Origin: Trichosphaerium sp. ATCC 40318
Taxonomy: Eukaryota; Protista; Tubulinea
Length of the DNA stretch: 32,730 nucleotides
NCBI GenBank assembly: GCA_038496445.1
Contig: JALMLS010000532.1
Coordinates: 1 to 32,730, forward strand
Reading direction: 5' to 3'
Shown here: positions 21,209 to 32,730 of the stretch, in pieces
How the letters are laid out: every line of letters begins with the position of its first letter
Numbering within the stretch: the first letter of the stretch is position 1
Program-made: the position numbers and the translations under genes
The notes under the pieces: generated by a model
Databases searched by the model: none
Told to the model about the DNA's origin: nothing
What the model saw: only the letters and a program-made list of their open reading frames with translations

Positions 21209-21645
21209 AACCAAAACATCGCCAATACTGTTTTTACGCGTGAATATAGCTATTGCAAGGGTTTATGAGCGTTTTGAAATGTGCATTATCCATATTTGAG
21301 CACTTTAAGTGGATATTTCGGTGAAGAGTATCCCATAATTTATTTTTTGTGCATTTGTACATGTATAAAAGTCGTATCAACTTTCTCAATAATCGATGAG
21401 TGATCATCAGCCTAATGAATTTGCCTCTCGTTAACCAAACGTCTTGAGCAGAGCTGCATGTGATTTGGCCACACAGCGGGCCCAGTATTGCGCTGTTACC
21501 TAGTTAGGGTACAAAATCGGTAGGATAGTAATGTAAACCCGATTGCAGCGATCATTGTAGAATGATAAACCAATATTGGGTTGACGATGGGGGAGTTCCG
21601 TAACAAAGGACATTCAAGCCTCCCACTGTTTTTGCTAAAAAATAG
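21209..21645 (+). repeat. Direct repeat copy 1 (~437 bp)
   Basis: Aligns end to end with 23703-24142. Confidence 0.95.
21448..21633 (+). ncRNA. Putative structured ncRNA, copy 1 (5' end may extend to ~21395)
   Basis: Nested stems, a terminal T5 tract, an upstream TCCCATAA + TATAAAA pair, and a core more conserved than its flank. Confidence 0.55.
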
Positions 21646-22855
21646 CACAGCTGTATAAAGGTTAGTGATTCTTGATAAAGATAAGTAAAACAGATTTCAG
21701 TCGTAAGAAGCACTTACTACAAGCTTGGATACATCGGGATTATCGGATACGTAGTACAATTTGGCCGTCCACTGTATGCTTACGCTCAAGTCTGTGGGAA
21801 TGCCTTTACCTTTTGAAATTTTGTTGGGTGGTAAAACAACAAAAAATAGGAAGAGTGCGCACTCGGAAAATTCCAGTGTTTGATCTTCTTACGCGATCTT
21901 GAGTACAACGCCAAATTTAGCTGGAGCAGGCTGTCCTTTTGTCGCGTATGTAAGCGTGGCTTTACACGAAAGATTCCGTATACAATATTCGCGAATAATT
22001 TACGACTAAAGACTCCAATTTTATATCCGTGCCAAAAGCCCTTCAACTAACCTAAACACACTATTAATCCAAAAAGTACTCGATAGCAAGTGTTAAATGG
22101 TGACTGATATCGAAAAGTGAAGAAACTAAATTTTTTTTTTTCGCAAACAATAAATATACGTGCCTTTCGCTGTACCACGCAGCAAGAGCAGTCAAGGTCA
22201 TCGTGCATCAGCAATGATACACGAAACAGGGGCTGGGTTGTTAGTGAACCAATAGCCTAATGAGTATTAGTTCGTAATGACATGGAAAGAGTGTCTAAAA
22301 TCAACGATCTGAGAAAAAAACAAGAGCTTCGCACTTTGCGCCAACATGCGTAATTCAACGTCAGTGTATCATTCGCAATAAATATACATTCAGGTTTGTC
22401 TACAACAGATTAGAAAAGCAATCTAAAGAAAACCAAAGCAATGAAAACTTTAAGTGTGCTAGCAATAGACGCGCCATTGGTTCAGGCCTCTATTTACATG
22501 AACTGTTCAATCCTTGAAGTCGGTACTTGTCGTTGTGTCTACGCACAGATTTATTCTGCTTTATACTGTAGTTGCTGTTTTGTTGCATGTAGGATGGAAA
22601 GTTGAGGGAGTTTTGGCGATAGAGTAACCCGAACAAAATTAGAGGACTCTGTAGCGTCACCTTTCTAGTTGTTTGAGCCATGTTGCGATACACGCAAGCT
22701 TTCTTATTTACACCACGGATGTCGTTACAAAGAAGTATCAACAGGTCCTTCGGGCACTAAGTAGCCAGTGTAGGCAGCACTAAGTAGAGTCTACAAAACT
22801 CGTGTAAGCAAAATGACAAGAACTAGCCTGTTAACGTACACCTGCCATTGTAGAC

Positions 22856-23185
22856 GTGAGAACTAAGAAAACGAGTAATATTCTGCTCACTTTTGGTGTA
22901 TACGCGAAATGCCAACTGAAGTTCACGTCAGAAAACACAGTTGATGTGCTTGTAATGAGCAAAAGGCTAAACACGAGACTCTACTATCGTTTTTCGGTCA
23001 ACAAAAAACGACGCTTGAGTAAAGTCAGTTCTATTCCGTCCTTCACATTCTCCACCATCCCTTTTGAGGTATATAAGAACCTGTCCATATTTATGCAAGC
23101 AATCGTTGTCAACGGATTTTGCACTGGCTTCGAGACCGACTGTTGTTGCTATAAACCTTCCCTTTTATTCATTGGAGGTATTTAA
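22856..23185 (+). pseudogene. Possible F-box gene remnant
   Basis: FSTIPFEVYKNLSIFM resembles an F-box start. No coherent downstream frame found. Confidence 0.25.
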
Positions 23186-23702
23186 GCCCGCCTGGCTGGA
23201 AAAAGAGAAAGTAAGCGCTAAAAACTCTCCTTTTAGAACTTAAAATAGCCAAAACGATTATCGTACGCGGATGCAGCCGCACAGTACCATTAGATAGTTT
23301 TATTACGCGTTTTAACCGGCTTTTGCTTAAACCTTGTTGTAATTATCTGTATTATGTTTTTATGGCACTTATTTGGTACTAATCGCACTTCTCAACAATT
23401 GTGCGTAGTTTTAAGGGATCTCAAGTGCTTTTAGTCAAACGCCTTACAGACTGCGTTCAAATGAAACGACGCTTAAATATCTGAAAAAGGAAAAAAACTG
23501 TTCGTTTCACAAGTTGTGTATCGTTTTCTACTTTTAAAGCAACCATTTAAAGAATATCCAAATGTATAGGTTTCCTTTTGTGCGTTGTCAAACGAACATG
23601 AAAACGTTCATTGCAACGAGTGTAATGCGATAAAGTACAGAAAACGTATTGCCGAAAAGTACAAGCGGAAAAAGGGTTAATTTCTTAGTAGCAAGTTATG
23701 AG

Positions 23703-24142
23703 AACCAAAACATCGCCAATACTGTTTTTATGCGTGAATATAGCTATTGCAAGGGTTTATGAGCGTTTTGAAATGTGCATTATCCATATTTGAGTATTTT
23801 AAGTGGATATTTCGGTGAAGTGTATCCCACAATTTATTTTTTGTACATTTGAACGTGTATAAAAGTCGTATCAACTTTCTCAATAATCGATGAGTGTTCA
23901 TCAGCCTAATGTATTTGCCTCATGTTCTAACCAAACATATTTGCGCAGAGCTGCATGTGATTTGGCCACACAGCGGGCCCAGTATTGCGCTGTTACCTAG
24001 TTAGGGTACAAAATCGGTAGGATAGTAATGTAAACCCGATTGCAGCGGTCATTGTAGAATGATAAACCAATATTGGGTTGACGATGGGGGAGTTCCGTTA
24101 CAAAGGACATTCAAGCCTCCCACTGTTTTTGCTATAAAATAG
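23703..24142 (+). repeat. Direct repeat copy 2 (~440 bp)
   Basis: Aligns with 21209-21645. Confidence 0.95.
23945..24130 (+). ncRNA. Putative structured ncRNA, copy 2
   Basis: 184/186 identical to copy 1, and both changes are structure-neutral. Confidence 0.55.
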
Positions 24143-24704
24143 TAAAATGAGGTGGCGTGTCCAAAAGGTGACCGAGGGTGTGCTGCACATTCACAAATGG
24201 CTGTACAAACACTGTTTTAGGGACGTTTGGGGTTGGCAACTTGGCATACGAGTCAACATTATAGAGGCGTTTGCAACGGCTAGAGGCAATTGCGCAATGA
24301 CGACGATGTACTCTGAATTTTTTTTGGTTTTCTGTTGTCGTTTTATTGTAGGTGACTTAAAACAAGCAGGCTTCGTGAACAAGCGGTCAAGCCAAGGCAC
24401 AGGCTTTCCTTCAATCTGTGGCGTTGTCTGTAGGAGCCAATGGACGATAAGGATCTAATCCTTGGACAGTGCATTGTAAAAGACAATCATACAAAACCTG
24501 AATTTTCTTGTATGCTTCCTGAAGTTCGGCACCACTAGAACAATGGAGCTTTAAGCATTGTTAATACGATTGAAATAAATACTATATTGCCGTTTAGCTA
24601 GAGTGATTGGTTTAGCAGTGCAAAAGAACAACGTGCAGCCGAATTACAGGTTTTTTCATAACATAATAATTTATTAGGTTTTTACAAAAAGATTAATGAC
24701 GAGG

Positions 24705-25822
24705 TTAGTTTTTGTTGCGAGATCTTCTTCTTCTGGAATTTCGTTGCACGCCATCCTTTTTGTGTCGAGTATTCGAATTTCGGAAGTGTGGACTACCACG
24801 AGGAAACTTAAATTCGGACATATATTTTTTTTCAGGTTTGATGTACTTCGGATGCCGTTTCAACCATAGTTCTGCTTGCTCTGTAGTTGCTTTCAGGAGT
24901 TCAAGCATAAATACTGACTCTACCAGCACCCCGAGAACAAATGTCTTGCCTTGTTTATGAAAGAAAGGATAAATATCCCTTTCTGCGTGCAGCTGAACAA
25001 AATCTTCAAGCTCGATTAAACCATCATATAAACACTCCGTGCTGACACCTGTACGGAACAAGGCTATCCTGCCAATTTCGAACATAGTGGCAAAATCTGA
25101 TATGAGGAAGCCGTCCTTAGAAGCGAGGTTAGGTACGTTGACCAATGCGCAGGACTGAGCCAAAAAACAATCCAAGTTGTATCGTTTGTGACATTCTTGC
25201 AACACCTCCTCTTCGAATGCAACTACAAAAAAAATTAGAGACGCGAACAAAACGTGGGTGAAAATTGCTCAATTTTAAAAACGTGCCTTTTAATTGGTTT
25301 ACTGGAATGTAGCACCGGAGTTTTAAATGCCGACGGTTCAACGGTTTCGACACAGTCCACGTAAACCAGCAATCCCGGGCCATTTGAACTTTATCAAAAA
25401 ATTTTTGAATCATGACGTCCACAACCTTTTGACGAATTTGCGAAAACGACGCTGGGCCTTTATATCCTTAAATAAGCTTGTTAGAGCTGCATAAGTATAT
25501 ATATTAACGATAAATACGCACCAACGTTCCAAAGCAACACCGGTCGTTGCTGGTTGTCTGAAAATATTTTTTCTCGTATGCGAGCCAATGATAGATTGCG
25601 TGCAAGTAGTTTAACGCGAATTTCGGCGCTTACACGGGATTTTTCCCGTGGATTTTCATGAAGCTTAAAAAAATACGTAGAAACAAAGCCACGTAAGCTA
25701 TGGTTGACACAAGACATAGCCGTAACGTCTATGCGGAGGCAAATACTTAACAACACTTCTACTGGAAGCGTTGGAAGTGTTGTAATTGGAGATCCCTGTG
25801 ATATTATTCTTTTTACATTCAT
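24705..25822 (-). CDS. F-box protein with uncharacterised C-terminal domain, multi-exon
   Basis: F-box LPTLPVEVLLSICLRIDVTAMSCVNHSLR. Consecutive same-strand ORFs 25481-25822, 25129-25422 and 24705-25250. Confidence 0.65.
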
Positions 25823-26520
25823 TGTTGTATATGTGTTGGTTACGAATTATGGTTTAAAATGCCAGAAATTTTGAAATTTCGCAAATATTCATAAAAACTG
25901 TAACGGTTAGTATTTTACTTCTTTGTAGTTGGCGTAGGAGCATTCCTTACACGGTAATATACACTATGGACTGCTTTTTGGAATACCCGCTAAAATAGAA
26001 ATGTGTCGGTTGACCGTTAAACCGTTACGAAACTTGCGAAAAAAATCGTAACACTATTTGTCTGTTAGTGGATATCCAAAAGTAATCTTCGCGTCTCCGC
26101 TTCTCAGCCAGGCCTATGGATGCCTAGGGTCATTCTGACGCGTTTTCTAAAAAAATTCTCTTCGATATTTTGTGTGGCGGTTCGATTTAGACTATTTGTG
26201 CGTTTCTTCGCCCTTTTAGGGTATAAAAGCGAGTATCTCGAGGTAATAAGAACGATTCGGTGGGCTAGGAACACAAACTCCGAAACGGCGTTCGATTTTG
26301 TTAAAAACGTTTAAAATTAGTCGTTTACGCTTGATTTTTAGTTTATAGCTCTGTTTAGGATATAAACGTGCACTTACAGACGCGCATAGCATTAAACAAT
26401 TGAAAAGATTGCAAATTGGCTTTTTTTAGATAATTACGAACACAGGAAGGGTTAACCAACGTTTATTTTTTTTATGTCGCATTTTTTACACTAAAATTAC
26501 ATTTCCGCAGCTGTGCACGA

Positions 26521-27947
26521 CTAATTCGTGTACATACTTTTGTAGTACTCTTCCATAGATTGCTGTATAGCCGCTTGTTGTAGTTCCCAATCGCTTGTAT
26601 CATTAGCACGTGCTTCCTTTGCAGAACTCTGTAAAATCTGCTGAAAAAGTTGCTCCTCGATATTTTCCTTCTCGGAATCACGAACGACATCTGACATAAC
26701 CATATCGTCAATGTGGTCTCTCTCAGAGCTTTCTTTAACAGCCTCAACAGCGACTTGATCTGCAACCATCTAACAAATACTTAGCACGTGAAAGAAACGT
26801 TGAAGCAAGTATTTGTACGTACACCTGGCTGTAAGTTTGGTAAACCTAGGCCAACACCAACACTTGGGTTTGTTAAATCACGGATACTATTGTAATGGTT
26901 TCCTGCGTGATAACTAAGTCTCATTGGAGGGTCATCTGTGTTGTACTGATCCTGGAATATATTTATAGGTTCTATAAAGTCAAATGAGTTGAGTGTAAAT
27001 CATATGAAAAGCAGTTAAGCTTTTTTTTGACTTGTTTCGTACCTATGTCGTAGCAGTGTATTTCTATTGGTCTATTATACATCTCTGAAAGGGCTTGTAG
27101 CTCTAGGTTGTTACCAAAGCACTTATTTTGCCTCTTGCGGTTAATATACGCTTCAAACTCTTGAGTAACAAATTGGGAATAATGATCGCGTTCTTTCTCC
27201 TACAAAAGCATTACACCACGCGTCCCTATTGACTTCTACATCCTTCTAGAGCTTAGAAAGGATTCAAGCATACCATATAATCCATGCACAAACGTCTGAC
27301 CTCATCATGCATACCCTCATCGCCATAAATTTGGTCCGCTTTGACAGTTTAGTGAAAAATTTTGAGAAGTACAAAAAAACTTTTTCTTATGCTTACCAAC
27401 AGCTCTAAACAAGCAATTACCATCCATAGCGACGCGATACAATGCGTAGTTTTTTTCAGCGCTTAATCTGGCTTCCCAAGCGTCCTCGTCGTATTTCTTT
27501 GTTGGTTAGTTGGTTTTTTTTGGCTCGTAGGGAAGTACGTACTGTGTCGCCTTGTTCTATGGCTGCCATAGCGTTGTACAGAGATTTTACAGTATTACCT
27601 CGTTCATCGTCAGAATTGTACCCGGTGTCATTCTTTGCATTGTTTTGTTTGGGTTCGCGGCGTCTGAGGTCTCTTTTCTTCGGTTGTGGGCAACAACTAA
27701 CGTCACTTTGGCGTTTTTGACCGGAAGTGCGTGTTTGGTGCCTTCGCGTTGCGTTATTGGAGTTGTAGATAGAATTATTGTAATCTTCAATTGTGTAAGG
27801 TTTTTCTTCGGTTTTGTTGGCGGTTTCTTCACTGCTGCTCGGCTGATTGTTTTTTGAGGTGGCTCTGGCGTTATTTAATTTGTTTTCACCTTGATTTGTT
27901 TTTTTTTGAGGTTTCTTAGGATCCTGCGCATCTAAAGTAATGCGCAT
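26521..27947 (-). CDS. OTUD5: OTU-domain deubiquitinase, OTUD5/DUBA-like, with C-terminal UIM
   Basis: Spliced translation gives GYNSDDE, MDGNCLFRAVADQIYGD, CFGNNLELQALSEMYNRPIEI, RLSYHAGNHYNS, VGVGLGLP and UIM-like ELQQAAIQQSMEEY. Confidence 0.9.
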
Positions 27948-28217
27948 ATTGTATTTCTATGCGTTGTAACACCTTGAGCTGTTCGTTGAAGTGAAAAGCA
28001 ATGCCTTATCAAATAGTGACTTAACCCGCAATTTCTCGTCTTCTAGCCTACTCGTCTTCTGTGAACTGTACAAGATTAAGCCCAACTTATCACGTCAGTT
28101 TTTCTTCCACCTGAGGAAATGGCATAGCTGGTTTGACATTTTAACAAACGTGCACCCATTCACATGTTCACGAACAGGACAAATGCTAAAAGTGTAAAAA
28201 TACCTTTATTCTAGAGC

Positions 28218-29903
28218 CTAGCAAACGCTTTGTAATACAGGTGATAGACTAGGTACAAGTTTTCCTAGCATGCAATAGTTCCATGGAATAAACGAGTCTG
28301 GTTTAGGATATCTTACATGGTAATCCATCAAGCGTATAGCCAAGTCAAGAGTATCCATTTTGTCTGAAATTTCGCGTTTTTCAATCAAATCATTCTGTAA
28401 CTTTTCAAGTGCTTCTTGTGGACTTATCATCGCTTTAAAGTTAGAAAAATCTTCTCTTTGTTCTTCTGTTTCAAAACATCTTGCTCTCCATACAAGTGCA
28501 ATACGTAGATTTTCGGTTTTGTAAGAAGCTAGTTTTTTCCCGTTTGAAACAAGTATCCAGTCATCATCTTTCACGTGCTTTAATTCGTTTATAGCCTCTT
28601 TATCCATTTGAGGTAGGTGATCATCAGGTAAGTACTCAGCTGTGCCGTGAGGCTATAAATATTATATTAAGAGCAATAGGAAGCAACTAGTCATGACGTA
28701 CAATAACGGTACCATCTAATATGATCGCAGTGTTTGGCTTTGGAGGAACTTTAACAACTCTTTATTTTGAACGTAAGTAATGGGTATGGGCTGCTATTCG
28801 TACCTTCCTGTGCCTTCTGGGTAGAAGTAAAATTCACCACCTTTGTTAGTCGTGTTGGTCCATGGATGGATGTACGCTACACCTTGGATTTGAGGTATTC
28901 GTTTCTTGAGAAGAAACGTCAGAAATAGTTGATACTGAGGATAGTACCTTGTTCCATAAAGTAGACTCTTGCATTGCTACAAGTAACCATTGAGGTAAAC
29001 TGAAACGCGTTGCTCCAAAAAAGTAAGGTACATCATAGTGAAGAGGTGCAAGTTGTCCAGGAAGGTTTATAATGACAGTCATTTGGAATGGATCCAAAAC
29101 AGGTCGCCCTGGACACACAGATTGCACCTATCGCGAGTGACGCATTAGTTTTTAGAATAAAAAATCAGTGTTAAACGTCATACCTTATTGAGGTACTCTT
29201 CAGAGTCGAATAAGACGCGAAAGATAGGTTCGTTTAATCTACAGAAAACAGTCAATAAAATATTTTTCCTTTAATGTTACTGTCGTACTTGTCAAAAATG
29301 TAGTTACTGAATAGTTGCATGCGATCTACCAACTTCTGGTATAGCTCCTTCCTTCCATTCAATCCTCCGTAAAGCAAATAATGTCTTGCAATATCCAATC
29401 TTTGAGGGAAAATCTAAAGAAACTGAGCGCTGACGAAAAAAACAGGAAGCACTTACACACGTGGTGCCCTCTTTGTTCGGAATTAAGTATGGGTGAAGGC
29501 AAGTGCCATTCACTAACGCTTGTCCTTCGCCAGCGTGCTCATAAGTAGACGTAACTAGGGAAGAAACTAAGATAAGATAACACGTGTACAAGAAGAACTG
29601 TTGGCCACAGTTGTTGACAAAAAAATCATGTGAAGAGCTTTTTCGTACTATCTTTTGACGCTGTCTTGTATGTCTTTATGTTTTTTACCATATCCAACAG
29701 TTTATCAATTTCCTTGTCGCTCCAAATATTAGAAATTGTAAAATACTTGTTCTGTAAGTGTATTGGTGATATAGGCCCTAAACTGGGTTCATTTCGCGTA
29801 TTTACGAGCGCGTACGGCTTGTTTGCATCTTAGCCATGTATCCTATTCCAACGGCAATAATCACGCATATTAATAGTCCATAACAATAGCCTGAACCTGC
29901 CAT
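28218..29903 (-). CDS. Signal-anchored 2OG-Fe(II) oxygenase-like protein, multi-exon
   Basis: Hydrophobic N-terminus GLLICVIIAVGIGY. Motifs PGQLAPLHYD (HxD), GGEFYFYP, ILDGTVIVHG (His) and RIALVWR. Confidence 0.75.
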
Positions 29904-30009
29904 ATGAACCCCAAACGATGAGCCTTCTGATTGACTGCGCTTAACTCGCATCAAACTAGCTTAAAATAACCGACGCATTTTTGGATCTGTTGTGTACTTT
30001 ATTGCTCAC

Positions 30010-30999
30010 CTATGTGGTGAGACTCTTTGGATACAATTCTCTTGGTTCGTTTATAGGATCAGGCCATGATAATACAGTATCATCTGGTCGTGGAAACATG
30101 TAACCGCAGTTTAAACATGCCATTACTGTGAACTTTGAGATGAATTTCCGAAATGCGCCTTCATCGTTGTGAACTGCTGATAAATCCAATGCTTTGTCGT
30201 TACACTTAAAGTATTCTATAGCACCGTATGTGAGCAAGTCGTGACTACCTTGAGTTGATAACCATTTACAAACATCAACATGATAACCTTCCACTGCGTT
30301 TTCCATAACTGTATTAACAAATTCATGATGTGCCTCTTCGTTACTTACGTCCACGTGATTAACAAGTAATTTTACGATCTCTAAATGACCATTTCCTCCG
30401 GCAAATTTAGCTGCTAGACAATCAGATCCCATTACATTAGCGCCTTGTTTTAAAAGAAAGGAAACAATTTGTACATGTCCAAATCTGGCTGCATACTTCA
30501 AAGCGTAATCATCGTCTGCGTGAACATCTGCTCCAATAAGGTGTAGCCATTTAACAGTGTTAAAGTGTCCGTTTTGAGCAGCTACGCCTATAGCATATCC
30601 TCCTTTCGCATTTGGATCAGCACCACGCTTAAAGCACCATTGAGCTGCTATCAAGTGTCCATTCTCACATGCACAGCGAAAGGCGTAATCATGGTAGTAT
30701 CTAACGTTCGCTCCATTTTCTACAAGCGTTTGCATAAACTCAACGTTTCCAGTACGCGACGATTCTCCCAGTGCGTTGTCCTTTTCAGATTGAGGCGTAT
30801 CAGCGTGTTTTGCGTACCAATTTACTATTTTTTTTGCTTTTTTCTGTATTGCGTACACCAGGATAGCGCTGTACTTTGCTCCAGGTGCGTATTGGCCTAG
30901 AAAGTCTATTTGGTTTGTTTCAATGACTTCTTTAAGAAGTTTAAGGTCATCTTGTCTAATGGCTTCTCCCGCTTGTTTCATTTTCAAACTTTGCTCCAT
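30010..30999 (-). CDS. Intronless ankyrin-repeat protein
   Basis: 329-aa ORF with 30-aa ankyrin repeats such as GADVHADDDYALKYAARFGHVQIVSFL, and a CxxC near the C-terminus. Confidence 0.9.
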   Translation of the reverse strand: MEQSLKMKQAGEAIRQDDLKLLKEVIETNQIDFLGQYAPGAKYSAILVYAIQKKAKKIVNWYAKHADTPQSEKDNALGESSRTGNVEFMQTLVENGANVRYYHDYAFRCACENGHLIAAQWCFKRGADPNAKGGYAIGVAAQNGHFNTVKWLHLIGADVHADDDYALKYAARFGHVQIVSFLLKQGANVMGSDCLAAKFAGGNGHLEIVKLLVNHVDVSNEEAHHEFVNTVMENAVEGYHVDVCKWLSTQGSHDLLTYGAIEYFKCNDKALDLSAVHNDEGAFRKFISKFTVMACLNCGYMFPRPDDTVLSWPDPINEPRELYPKSLTT

Positions 31000-31346
31000 C
31001 AGAATAGTGTTGACTTTGATCTACTTCACGTGTATGAACTGTCACACACCATAACAATGAACGCTCCATCGTGTTTGCGTAGCGCGGGAACAACTCTTTT
31101 GTCATCCATTGGTAAGCGCTAAACGATTCAAAGTCAAGCTTATTTTCTATCCACAATTAAATCAACAAGTTTCAATTTTTTTGTCTACAATACAAGTTAC
31201 GCCTCTTTTAATTGAGTACTAGTGTACCCAAAAAAATAGAAGATTTCTTTTCGTATCCCTAAAGTCGATGTGAGGAAAACTGCTGTTGACTTCAGAATTC
31301 AACTTCTACTTGCAAAAAGAAGGTGTAACATCGTCTTACTCAACCG

Positions 31347-32730
31347 ATGATTGGTTGTCGTCACATCCTCCTTTATTGCGTCATAGGTATTGCTTTCCTC
31401 CAAAGCTGTGCATATGCAGAGGGGAACGTATACGATAGTGTACCAACAGTGCGGATATCTGCAACTCGATTCGTAAACGGCGCGTTACGTAATAGTCATA
31501 AACGCGCTTTACAAGATGGGTATTTATAACGAACGTAAATACGCTGTTCACAAGAACTTTTGTGCATCAATTGTGCAATTTATAGCAACTCACACCATTT
31601 GACCATCTAACGACTCTAGACGCGATTTCACTGTTTTTGGCGTGCACCACACTATTACAAACAACCTCAATGTAGAATTTAACTTAAAGCGATTTATTTC
31701 AGAACCGACAGTGCGTTACTACAAACAAGAACATTTGGAGTATTTTAACCGCGTATGTAGTACATGTTGATGGAGTTTTAATTGAAAACAATGACATCGA
31801 CGCACACGCTAGTGTGTACGTTGGTCATGTATCTACAGATCCAATGAGTATAGTGGTACGTTAATCAAAGCGTTTACAGTTTATTTCTGTTTTTTTGCAA
31901 TATTTCTTTTGGCTTTTGCAACGAAGATAGAGAGGTCTAAGATAATATCAACAATGGTCAATTAGGAATTAAATTTTTTCTCATTCATTTTCGGGCTTTT
32001 TTTCTTCAAAAAAGTTTTAATTCACGAATAAAAAGTGTAAATTTAGTTACAGATTTTTGAATCTTTTTTTGTTTCTGTTCGAAAGAAAAGTTCCGTTCGC
32101 ACCCAAAAATTAGACACTTATGTTTATATGTTATAGGCTATATCTTTAAAAGATGGTAACTTAAGAGGGATGGTACACTGGTCAAGTGGGGAACATACTG
32201 CTATCTCCTTTGATGAGACTTTGAAAATAATTCCTTTAAAGCCACAACCTAGTGATCAAGTTGCTCACCGTGATTGTCGTACTGAAAGTCATAATCATGA
32301 TCACGCGCATACGGAGTCTGCGAACCCAGGTCTTTTTAACGGACGTGATAAACGTGCTGTGGAAGATGCAATAAATGGAATATCAACATGGAATGGGAAA
32401 ACATATGTTGTTAAAGTTGCTATTGAGACTACTACAAACTATAGAGACAATTTTATTAGCGACTCAGAGGCAAGAGATTACATGAACTTGGTTATAGGTG
32501 TGGTACGAAACAAACAATAGCTTTTTACGTTGCATGAGTCACATGTTTCAATAGGTAACTGCCATGTTTGAACGCGATTTTTACGCTACTATACGCATTG
32601 TAAGGATTGGACTAAATACGCCAGAGAGCATTTCTCTTGACTCGAGAACCTTGAGGAGTCACTATTTAGCTAATATGACCGACCTTGATTATAACATGGC
32701 TATCACGCTTTCTGGAGAAAGAGGAGGTGG
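31347..32730 (+). CDS. Secreted reprolysin/M12B-like metalloprotease, 5' partial (runs off the window)
   Basis: Signal peptide, prodomain with cysteine-switch-like HRDCRT, dibasic site RDKR, then VKVAIETTTNYRDNF...ARDYMNLVIGVVTAMFERDF. The HExxH motif is not inside the window. Confidence 0.65.

Noticed and set aside
21355-21420. Minus-strand CTGATGA...GAAA suggesting a hammerhead ribozyme
   Set aside because: Stem I cannot form, and stem II is weak and broken in copy 2.
21500-21545. Telomerase RNA or SRP identity for the structured core (GTTAGGGT, TAAACCC; AGG-ATA-GTAA-TGT)
   Set aside because: Template-like stretches are too short or on the wrong strand, and the SRP helix 8 AGCA motif is missing. 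Not excluded without a covariance search.
21209-24142. Direct repeats as LTRs of a second retroelement
   Set aside because: No TG...CA ends, target-site duplication, PBS, PPT or internal retro ORF.
26090-26146. CGCGTC...GACGCG-TTTT small RNA-like stem (class I RNA or C/D snoRNA)
   Set aside because: Only a 6-bp stem, no box C and no upstream element; chance is plausible.

Overview
AT-rich, gene-dense microbial-eukaryote DNA with many short spliceosomal introns (donors mostly GTACGT/GTAAG, CTAA branch sites); amoeba-like by inference only. Contents in order: a TPR/SEL1 gene cut by an inverted copy of part of the AlkB-like gene; a Ser-rich unknown gene; a multi-exon RCC1-ankyrin-TIR-periplasmic sugar-binding protein fusion; an AlkB-like dioxygenase ending in a CaaX box; an F-box/LRR gene; a young, intact Ty3/gypsy LTR retrotransposon (156-bp LTRs, TGTTG target-site duplication) with an extra 3' ORF; an FkbM methyltransferase; a decayed F-box paralog region containing a ~440-bp direct repeat with a conserved, structured RNA-like core; an OTUD5-like deubiquitinase; a membrane-anchored 2OG-Fe(II) oxygenase; an intronless ankyrin gene; and the 5' part of an M12B metalloprotease. 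Best candidates for new biology: (1) the TIR plus bacterial solute-binding-domain receptor, (2) the duplicated Pol III-like structured RNA, (3) the retrotransposon's accessory ORF with Pol II CTD-like heptads. All exon structures and domain calls were made by eye, with no database search.
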